Positions 47,376 to 57,815 of a stretch of 64,000 nt of DNA are shown piece by piece. Source of the DNA: Octopus sinensis. Lineage: Eukaryota. The stretch lies in assembly GCF_006345805.1 (NCBI RefSeq), contig NC_042999.1:101928001-101992000 (forward strand), read 5' to 3'. The number at the start of each line of letters is the position of its first letter. The first letter of the stretch is position 1. The notes below the pieces were generated by a model. The model was not told the origin of the DNA and did not search any database. It was given only the letters and a program-made list of their open reading frames with translations. A program made the translations under genes and the position numbers.

Positions 47376-49697
47376 GTATATAAGTAGCAGATTGAAGTAA
47401 GGCTTATGAGCCATGTACTACATTATTCAATAATTATTAAATAGAATCCTGCACCGAAGAAAAAAAAATTTAAACTGTCAATACCCAGCCATAGAATTGC
47501 CAAAATGTGACTTAAAACGTCTTCGTTAATGTCACTCTATCAATCACCACACATCTAATTAATGGTCAATTACAAGCGGGATGTGAAATATATTCCATTT
47601 CCAATCCTGCATAATCTAGTGATAATTGTAGAAAACTAATTTATGATTTACAGGACCAGCACAAAGTCCAACTGTGCTCTAACTGAATTTTAGATGCATG
47701 GAGAGTTGCTGTTTTGCAAAAACTATCTTTTTATGTCAACTGTGGATAAAAGACATAAGACTGGTGATGCCTTATTATGACAGCAAAAGAGTAAGGAAAA
47801 CATAAAGCAATAAAATCAAGACCATGTTTGTTGGTAAGGGGTTATTAGATTAGCAGTTTGATCTAAAATCACTAACATTTTCATATTCTGTTCTGTGATG
47901 GATTCTGAAATACAGCAGCTTAAACCGTTCTGTGATACCTCTGAAATATGGCAACTTCCCATCTCAGTTGATACTATGTAAATCTCACCTTTTGGGGTCA
48001 GATATTCTCAGATTTAACCAAATAATATCTTAGCAAATCTTAGAGATAACCATCTTGTAAATCTTTTGTACCAAATACCCTTGCTATTATTCTCGCCCGC
48101 AAAAATCTTTGATATGCACATCTGTTTATTCCAGTATTACAATCCAGAATTTATGTGAGGCACATATAAGAGTTGAAAATTCTGGAAACATTGTTTGTAG
48201 AGTTATGTCTCAAAATAGGAAGGTGGAGAAAATTTTTTTGAATTATTTATTTGAGATAAAAATGTAAAGAATTTCCTACTGGAATTTCTTCAGGTCAAGA
48301 AATAATGTAGCAAAGGAAATGTGTAATGGAGAATAGATGATACCCAAACCATTTTCCAACATTCTGTTTTGAGATATATGGGACTCTTGTAGTAAAGTTG
48401 ATTGAATGCTAAATACATCTCATTATCCAGACACATCTTGGCATGTGAATCTAATAAAAATACATTTTTGCCATTCAATCATGTATTGTTAAAGTGATCC
48501 TTATGTGAAAAGAAAAACTAATTACAATGCCAAAGGAAAAAATTTGTATAATAGCTGTCTATATTGTTATAAATGTAGTTATTGAGTCATGATTGCTCTC
48601 TCTCTCTCTCTGACGTGAGTAGATACTATTTTTAATGTTTTTTTGTTTTATATAAGGTGTCTTGAAAATGGTGAATAACTGGTAAAATACACTAGGTAAA
48701 CTGTATCAAAGTTTATATAAGCCATATGATGCAGGTCCGCATTACGAAATGGATTGAGCTAATAAAGGAACTGTTATGTAAGTGCTCTGTCTGCGAAAAA
48801 TAGCAAATAGCCATCAAATCACTCGTTATCGTCTTAAAGAAAAAAAAAATCTACACCTCAGATAATGTGATCTCAGAAAAAGATGAGATAGTCTAGTTTG
48901 GAATGCTTTTGATCGTAGGGCCACTCGAACAAGGCTGAACTGGAGTCGTCAACAATTAAACAGATTTCGATCTAATGAAGGAGCTTCTAGTCGGTCGTTC
49001 GACCAACTTGAAATAACCAAATTTCTTTCAGATGACACCCTAATGTTTTAAAAAATAAAACACTATGGATATAATCGTAGTAAGATTATCTGAAAGCAAA
49101 AAAGTCGGGCGGCTGGAATGCTTTTTGATCATAATTCTCTTTGATAAAGAGATGACTGGAGTCTAAACAACCGCATGCATTGTTAGTAAGCTTATTGTAT
49201 AATTTACCTCCCTTAGATGCGGGAACTATTTGAGTTATCTCCTTTCCTGTAGATCTATCATGCAACTCTTGGAATGGGATTTATTACCTTTTTATTTGCC
49301 AATAAAGAAACATTTCCTTAGTGCGTTTCTGTAAATGTTTTATATAATTTATATCTTTAAAAATTCTCCCGTCTACGTTTATACTTTTACTGATATATAT
49401 ATTTAATGTAGTCGTTGGTTATGACTGGTCAGGAAGTTAATATTCGTTTCGTGTCTCTTATTACTCCTGGCAATATTGATGACTCATAAGAGCTGTTAGC
49501 TGGAGGCACATAACCTCCGACCACCAGGTTTGATGAGTCGCCTGTATTACTAAGAGTAATAACAGACATGGTAACTTTCTGACCGGCCATAACTAGCGAC
49601 TACGTTAAATATTACTCTTCAAAAAACAAATTTTTCGTGGGCTTTTTTTTTGGGGGGGGGGCACTTGTGAACAACGATCCAATTATATATATATATT

Positions 49698-50933
49698 CCA
49701 AAATTTTAGAGGAAAAAATAAAATTAAATCCATGTATTTTAAACACAACTACCACCGACACAAAAGCAGGAAAAAAAAAACTGCAACCACCACGCTATCA
49801 CTAAAATAATTTTTTTTCCTTTCGTTATTTTTAGTCATTTTATTGTACTCCACATGGTGAAACACTTGGAATTCACATTTAAAACAAAAACAAACATTTT
49901 TAACCCCACCTCTCAAACCTTTCGTATTTATAAAATAATAACATCAAACACTACAAATTGATCGATGTGTGAAAAGTAAAATTAGAATTTTTAAAGAAGT
50001 ATCTATAAAACAATAATTCCAGTCATTTAAAGTATAGAAAAGAATATTTTTGATTGAAGAAAAGTATAATAGGACCAAAAATATCTCTTCTTTTCCACCC
50101 TCTCTATCATAGTAGTTAGTTGCAGCAGCACCTTTTCCAATGTTGAAAACATTTATTTTTGTCTTGTGTGGGACATGAAAAAATGGTTTGTAGAATGAAA
50201 TTTGATACAATTATATCAACGTAAATACCGTAAGTGTTAATGTAGTCTTGTTTTTCTCTTACTTTTTATGTCGTACAGAAAAAAGTTCGGCAATCTTTCG
50301 TCTCTAGTAGACCTTTCCATCGATTTCCGTAAAAATTTTTTTTTTTTTACATATGGGCTTGCGGGAACTTTTGAAGTAATGAGAGCGAAAGAGACTAAGA
50401 GAAAGCGATTTTATGACGAGGGAAGTTCTTTTGAAGTTACCGTGCATGGCAAGCATTGATGTACATGTGTGTGTGTGTGTTTGATGTGGTGTGCGAGACA
50501 GACAGTATGTTGTGTAAGTGAAGTGCTTCTGTTAGTGTGTGTGAAAGAAAGAGATAACTGAAATTTTTTACTCGGTGTATGTGTATATGTATGTATATTA
50601 CTTCAAAAGTTCCCGCAAGCCCATATGTAAAAAAAAAAATTAATTTTTTTACGGAAATCGACGGAAAGGTCTACTAGAGACGAAAGATCGCCAAAAGTTC
50701 TTATAATATGGCAAAGGTATAAAAGAAAAAGAAAACAAAAAAATCATTTTAATCGAGAAAGGTAGGATGAAGGAGGGTGGGGCTAAGAATTTTTGTTTTG
50801 TATTAAATATGAATTCTAAGTGTTTCAGAATAAGTTGAATACAATAAAATGACTAAAATTAACGAAAAAAGGAGGGGGTGACATTTAGAATGCATGGATT
50901 TAAATTCCGTTTTTTTTCCCTTCTAAAAATTTG
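49698..50933. mobile_element. Older foldback/MITE with ~200-bp degenerate arms (49698-49913 and 50772-50933)
   Basis: CGTTATTTTTAGTCATTTTATTGTA versus TACAATAAAATGACTAAAATTAACG; AAATCCATGTATT versus AATGCATGGATTT; CCAAAATTTTAGAGG versus CTTCTAAAAATTTGG. Confidence 0.75.
50289..50692. mobile_element. Intact 404-bp MITE with ~95-bp TIRs and 8-bp TSD (Merlin- or Mutator-like)
   Basis: TIRs 50289-50380 and 50597-50692 differ by two substitutions outside a homopolymer run. Both start GGC. Exact flanking direct repeat AAAAGTTC at 50281-50288 and 50693-50700. Confidence 0.9.
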
Positions 50934-51419
50934 GATTACATGTTTCAGAATATAATAACAAAAGAGGGGGAAATTCTTTTAATGGTGATGGATGTCATAA
51001 AGATACGAGTGGGGAGGGGTCAACGTTTAGAAATTTAAGGGTTAAAATTTTTTACGGCTTCCCTCTTCATTTTGAAGTGCGTAGTGAAAAATAAAATGGA
51101 AAAATCTCAGCGAAAATGGAGAAAATCCTACGTATGTGGGACAGCTATCTTGAAATTCCACTGTCACCTTTTTTTAAAACTATATTTTCCTTTGTAAGAT
51201 TTGAATTTTCCTGTACCACAAAATATACGAACTTGTCTACATTTATGAATTTCACTAAAATTATCCAGCAATCATGAAAACAGGTAATTTATGTTGTAAA
51301 GAGTTGTTTCCCTTGAAAATGCTCGCAAAATGTTATTGCAGAGTTAGCTGTGCGGCCCCGGTGCACTCTAATTCATCATATCTATTTGATCATTCCGTTA
51401 TTATATCTGTATTTTTGTC

Positions 51420-51690
51420 ATAGTGGTTACTAGTTAGGATGTTGGACGTACGATCGTAATATAGTGGGTTCGGTTCCTACACTGGAAGGTACATTGTGTT
51501 CTTGGCAAATCATTTTACATTGCTCCAGTCTACTCTGTTAAAAATGAGTACCAGCAACGGCTGGGGGTTAAATTCCGTCATGGCGACATGGGTGGGTGAC
51601 AGTACTTTTGGTCACTTCTAGCTATGGAAACCGAAAAAGAACTCCGGTTCAATGAACTTGTAGGTTCGTGGCACCTAAAACTACGTTTCT
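51420..51690 (+). mobile_element. Degenerate tRNA-headed (CORE/Meta-like) SINE
   Basis: GGGTTCGGTTCC B-box-like motif, TTGCTCCAGTCTACTC..AAATGAGTACC core, GCTATGGAAACCG. A related minus copy lies at ~39200-39440. Confidence 0.5.
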
Positions 51691-52298
51691 AAGACAAATG
51701 TCTGATTTTGAGGAAAACATAACTGCCGTTTCTAGTAGGTGAATATACCACCGAGATACTTCTTCGACGACTCGTTATTAAACAAATTAGTTTACACGCT
51801 GTTTAAATTTTATCTCAGCACTATCTACCGACATGTTTCATTCAAATTATTTTATTTAATCAATCAGTCCAGCTAAACTTTGAAAATACTAACACTGCTT
51901 AATTCTACTTGATGGAGAACAGCACAAATTAACCATTACTACAGTATGAGTTATGATTAAATATGCCCTGAATTATATTTGTATATATTCAGTTTCATAG
52001 TGAATTTAAACCAATAGGAAGGATGCTTTTCAGTAGTATGGGATGAGGATCTAACCCAGACATGGACAACCCTTTTTTGAGAGGCAGGCCACACAAGACA
52101 CAGATAACCATCAGACAAGTCAGACTACTTAAAAATTCAGGGCAATTTTCCATTTAGACATACCATTTAGAAAGTCCCATGGCTGATCAAATTAATTTAG
52201 CTGTCTTTATGCTGATGCTTACTCACTTCTCTCTCCCAAGATTTCAAGAGAAAGTCATGGAATTTTTTTTCTCTAATTTGGCAACGAAGGAAGAATAT

Positions 52299-53675
52299 TG
52301 ATATGGGGTCATTCGGAAAAAAAGAGTGCTGTGGCCTGGTTTTGTGGTTTGGCACCAGGGATTGGAAGCACTTTCTAGCACTCCGTCGGTTACGACGATG
52401 AGGGTTCCAGTTGATCTGAGTCAACGGAACAGCCTGCTCGTGAAATTAACGTGTAAGTGGCTGAGCACTCCACAGACACGTGTACCCTCAACGTAGTTCT
52501 CGGGGATATTCAGCGTGACACAGAGAGTGACAAGGCCGGCCCTTTGAAATACAGGTACAACAGAAACAGGAAGTAAGAGGGAGAGAAAGTTGTGGTGAAA
52601 GAGTACAGCAGGGATCACCACCATCCCCTGCCGGAGCCTCGTGGAGCTTTAAGTGTTTTCGCTCAATAAACACTCACAACGCCCGGTCTGGGAATCATGA
52701 CCGCGAGTCTGCTGCCCTAACCACTGGGCCATTGCACCTCCACTGGTTTGGCACCAGACAGACGGTTAAAAGCCTTTGTCCTGTCAATTTCTGGAGAAAT
52801 TAATGGGTTTGGAAGAGACATCTGACCCTTTTCCGGTCAGGGAAAGTTTAACAAAAAAATAAATCTACCACCCTTTAAAATGCGACGAGCTGGGTTTGTT
52901 GAGCAGTTGGTGAGAGAGAGTTGGCCTGGTTTGGTCAGTTCTGCCTGAGATAGTGAGTTGGCAACAGGGATGACAGGCGTGGCGAGAAAGACAGGCAGAT
53001 AGTATTGAAGACATGTCAATTAGAAAGGAACTGAGAGAGATTACAGCGTGAAGGCATGGCTATTCGTAGTGGGAGTTTGTAAAATTGTTGCAGATTGGAA
53101 AAACGTGCAGTATGTTTTGTTTATGTCTTTTGTTGTTGAATTTTGGTGTTGATGTGTGTTGAAAGAAAAGAACTGAAAAAAAGAATTGTTGAAGAGAAAA
53201 GGAATTGTGTAAAAAAAAAGAGAAGGAAAAGAGGAAGAAATAAAGGAAAAGAACATTGTGAATTGTGTTAAAGAGGAAAAGAAAGAAAGAGAAAGACTTT
53301 AATGTTGAACTGTTTCGAACTCCATATTGCATCAAAACATTAATGTTTTGATTATCTCTGGACTTGTTGTATTGTGCATGCCTTTGTTGTTTTCTTCTTA
53401 ATTCTGTTGCATGTTATTTTCTTTAATGTATCTGATGTTTCATGTTGTAATAATTGTATAAACTATTGTAAATGTAAGCTACTGCCTTCCTCCGTGTCTA
53501 TCTCTTCCTGTTGTTGTTGTTGTTGTTGTTGTCTCCGGTCACCGGTTCGAGTTCACTGCCATCCCCCACCACCGTTTTCTCCGTGGCAGATTCCGTTCGA
53601 CTGAGCCTGGTCAATTGTCATCACTCGACTTAGTAAGGTCCCGGGTTCAAGTTGAGCGATGGCAGGTTCATAACA
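52299..53675. mobile_element. Probable solo LTR (~980 bp net of the nested SINE)
   Basis: Termini TGATATG...CATAACA (6/7 inverted match), flanked by ATAT at 52295-52298 and 53676-53679. CpG-retaining, non-coding interior. Confidence 0.5.
52359..52743 (-). mobile_element. Young tRNA-headed SINE (third family) with 14-bp TSD
   Basis: TSD TGGTTTGGCACCAG at 52345-52358 and 52744-52757. Head GTGGAGGTGCAATGGCCCAGTGGTTAGGGCAGC (A-box). CpGs intact. Confidence 0.9.
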
Positions 53676-54792
53676 ATATTAACATAGATGATCTGCTTTT
53701 TTACCCCCCATAACTTCCAAGACTTGTGGGAGGTAGGAGGAAGTTATCTTCAAACCAGAGACTTGATTTGAACGGAGTGAACTTCTCAACAGAATTAACT
53801 TTTCAAAAAATTACCCAAAGATCAAGTATTGGTGTTAAATTGGGCAACAAGTTTACCACCCAAAAGCTTCAAAACACAAAGAGCCAGAAAAATTATGCCA
53901 GCTATCTCATCTAATTTTCTCACAATACAATACCTGCTAATTCACTGCTCTGAACTAATATATTGTTTTATGTACCATGAAAGGATGAAAGACTGAGCTA
54001 ATCTCAGTAGATTTTGAACTCAGAATGCAAAGAGCCAGAACAAATTCTAGAAGGCATCTCATCTAATGTACTAACAATACCTGTCAATCCACTGCCCTGG
54101 ACTGGTACTTTTTCTCCACTTCAAAAATACAAATCTTAATTTCTCTTTTAAACAAACATCCTCTATGTGGTTTTTGAAAATGCTAGAAATAGCAGAAATC
54201 ACATGAGTCTCAAAAGGAATTTATTTAACATAATTGTACTTAAATCATCAAAATGTATGAGGAAACAAAATTGAGATGTATGAAATATCTGCTCTTCCTT
54301 CTAATGTTTTACACATTATATTCTGATTTAATCATAACACAAGTTAAAAGTTATTTATCTTTATAAACTTTTGCTGGTTTCAGTCATTAGATTGTGATCA
54401 TATTGAGATACTGCCTTGAAGAATTTTAGTCAAAGGAATCAACCCCAGTACTTGGAAGCCTGGTACTTATTCTATCCATCATTTTGCCAAACTTAAGTTA
54501 TTGGAATGGAGAAAGACAAGCACAAACACTAAGACACACACATATACATATATATATAGGAAAACCATCATGTATGTATGTGTGTGTGTCTTTCTGTTTG
54601 TCCCCCACCATTACTTGACAACCAATGTTGGAGTGTTTATGTCCTAGTAACTTAGAAAAAGAGATAAACAGAATAATTACCAGGCTTTTAAAAAAAATAG
54701 GTACTAGGTTCAATTCATTCAACTAAAAATTCTTCAAAGCGGTGCATAAGCATGGATGTAGTCTAATGACTGAAACAAGTAAAAGATATACA

Positions 54793-54836
<44 letters not shown>

Positions 54837-55469
54837 GTATGTATATGTGTGTATACACACATGACAGGCTTCTTTCAGTTTCCATCTACCAAATCCACTC
54901 AATAGGCTTTGGTTGGTCCAAGGCTATATTAGATGTCCAAGGTGCCAGTGGGACTGAACCCAGAACCATGTAGTTGAGAAGCAAACTTCTTACCACACAG
55001 CCATGCCTGTTATTTTTAGAAAATTTCATTAACAAATGTCCATTTTTCACAAACTGATGGGAAAACAAAGACAGCAAAGTACACTTCTGTAGTTAGGCCC
55101 AAAATTTCTTGAGTGAATACTATTGGGTGAATAAAAGCTAGAAAGGAGAATTGAACATAACATATAAGAAAAATTAGACAAACTGGAGATCAAAAATATA
55201 ATTAGCATTTAGTGATTAGCAGGAAACCACTCAAAAGGTGGTCTTTTTCTCATGCATGCACACAGACACACATTATTCTTATACAAGAATGTTGACAATG
55301 GCTTTGAAGTTTTGTCTAGCTAAGCCATTGTCAGATCTAACACACAGTAATAAGGAAAACAGGCTGTCTTTGTTATTGTAGATGTCAATGTTTTTAACAA
55401 CCAGATGCCCTACCTATAATCAACCATTTTATTTAAGTTCTACTCAGTAAGTGACTGCTAACATACTTT

Positions 55470-55878
55470 ATTGATTCCAGAAGGAAGAAAGAAATTACAT
55501 CAACCCCAGTGCTTGACTGGTACTTATTTTATTGACCCCAAAAGAATGAAAGGCAAAGTCAACCACAGCAGAATTTGAACTCAGAACGTAAAGACACTAA
55601 ATGCCACTAAGTATTTTGCCTGGCAAGCTAACGATTCTGCCAGTTTGCCACCTCAATAACACTAAAGGTTTCAAATTTTAGCACAAGGCCTGAAATTATG
55701 GGGGAAGGGATTAGTCATTTATATCAACCCCAGTGATTAACTGGTACTTATTTTATTGAACTCGAAAAGATGAAAGGCTAAGTTGACCATGGCAGAATTT
55801 GAACTCAGAATGTAAGGGCAGACAAAATACTGCTAGGCATTTTTCCCAGCATACTAATGATTCTGCCAGTTTACTGCC

Positions 55879-55880
<2 letters not shown>
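55470..55880 (-). mobile_element. Two tandem Nin-domain-like SINE copies; more minus copies at ~53940-54110, 56650-56720, 58100-58300, 59690-59980
   Basis: GATGAAAGGC..GGCAGAATTTGAACTCAGAA..ATTCTGCCAGT on +. Confidence 0.8.
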
Positions 55881-55911
<31 letters not shown>

Positions 55912-56465
55912 TTAATAACTGCTCTGATGCAGTACCAGGTACTGACTCTCATAACTTCTGATCTTAACTGATTGGAAGTGTTATCATGCACATGTTTTGT
56001 CTTGGTATAAAAGATGGACTACAGCAAATATTCTGTTCAATACCACAGATTTACATGTCAGTTGTTTGACTTTAACCAGTTGAGCACATCTCTTCATGGC
56101 TGACTATATGTGCATCTCTGATCATGTGCAGAAGTAGTGGAGGAACATCATAGCCATGTGTTAAGAGGAATTATTTAGGATTTGAATAATTCACCTCTGG
56201 AAACATGGGTATTTTGTTCATTCTTTAACAACCCTTTTCATGGACCTTTTGAGCAGGATGGGCTACTCAATCTGAAGAAAATTCAAGGTCATACACTGTT
56301 TATCTTGATATGAGATTACCATGTCACACACATATGGTTGTGATACATGTGCCAGGTGTACTCTTCTCAGGCAGGTAGTCATGATGAGTAAATAGGGCTT
56401 TGCATATTTTACCAGTGTCACTTTGAAGGCATGCGCTGCTCTCTTACTAAATAATAATAATAATT
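55881..56465. mobile_element. Non-coding interspersed element bounded on both sides by (AAT)n
   Basis: (AAT)n at 55881-55917, a ~530-bp body starting GCTCTGATGCAGTACCAGG, and (AAT)n again at 56449-56465. Confidence 0.5.
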
Positions 56466-57208
56466 TCTAACTTTTTCTAACATAAACATAAGAACACACA
56501 TTTCTATTTTTAGAGGCAGTGATGGTGACAGTAGTGGTTGCTGTGGTTAATAGTAGTGAACTGGTGGAAGCAGTTGTAATAACAGTTGGTAGTTATTTTA
56601 TTAATCACAGCTAGATGAATGATATAATTGATGTCAGCAAGATTGAAATGCAAAGGGATGTAACTCAGTGCTGCAGGGCATTTTGTCGCATGTAGTACTA
56701 ATTCTGCCGTCCACCACCTTAAACAACAATAACAATGATACTTTCTTTTATTAGGGTCCCAAAGTTTGAGGATGGAGGAAAAGACAAATATAGAGAAGAA
56801 AACAAAACAATAATAGATTTGCCAAGCAACCAATACATTTTAACATTACTGAAGGCCCTGTATAAAGGAAAAAAATACTACTTCTAGCTGAGATTTTATA
56901 TATATATAATGGAAGAAATTAATCACAAAAGACAAAAACATATACAACAAACAAAACAAACAGAAAATTCCCCTCATCAGCTGTCTTCTAGGGATAGTTG
57001 TGGTTTCAACATTAGAAAAGGACTGATTATTATTGCATTTATAACATGTAAATATAGAAACAGAGATGTATATTATGATGGGGGAAAAGAATCCAAACAT
57101 TTTAAGTAGTATTAATGCTGTTAAGCACTGTTTCAGGGAGTAATACCTTTAGTTGATGTAGAAATCATGTGATTGCATGCACATACATACACACACACGT
57201 GTGTGTGT

Positions 57209-57242
<34 letters not shown>

Positions 57243-57424
57243 GAAATTTACAGAAAAACAAAAGACAAAGACAGGTGTATAAACAAGGAGGTGTATTAGT
57301 TTGACGCTCAGGAAGGTGAGAAAGTCTTATATATTTCAAGCCCATGCTCTTCAACAGAAAGGAACACAAGGAAATAGACAGAGAGAGAAAAAAAACTTGT
57401 GGATTTAGTGATCAATCATGGCGA

Positions 57425-57815
57425 CTGGTTGGAAAAAAATGCAGACATGGCTGTGTGGTGAAAAGTTGGCTTCCTAACCACATAGTCCTATTGCATAGCA
57501 CCTTGGGTAAGTGTCTGCTACTATAGCCCTGAGACTGACCAAAGTCTTGTAAATGGATTTTGGTAGATGGAAACTGAAAGAAGCCTGTCATATCTATGCG
57601 TGTGTGCATAGTAATGAATGCATGTTATTGTCATGAAACAGTGTCATTCCTTTCCACTATTCTATGGAAACATGTTTGGCCATGGAGAAATATTACCTTG
57701 CTTGGAAACATGAAGGTTGTCAACAGGAAGGGGCATCCAGCTATAAAAAAAATCTACCTCAGATAAACTCCATACAACCATGGAAATGTGCACACTAAAA
57801 TAATGATGATTACGA
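57425..57815 (+). mobile_element. tRNA-headed SINE with RTE-like tail
   Basis: Same layout as 1801-2268 (GGCTGTGTGGTG..; GGAAGGGCATCCAGCTATA; ATGATGAT). Confidence 0.7.

Noticed and set aside
45360-48112. Direct repeats 2.5 kb apart (45360-45570 and 47905-48112) as LTRs of one element
   Set aside because: They translate on the minus strand to RTE-like C-terminal motifs and lack TG..CA ends and a TSD; best explained as two LINE 3' fragments.
52690-52743. tRNA gene (also the heads at ~4380-4442, 11445-11510, 28640-28700)
   Set aside because: A/B-box-like motifs continue into SINE bodies, with no complete cloverleaf; these are tRNA-derived SINE heads.
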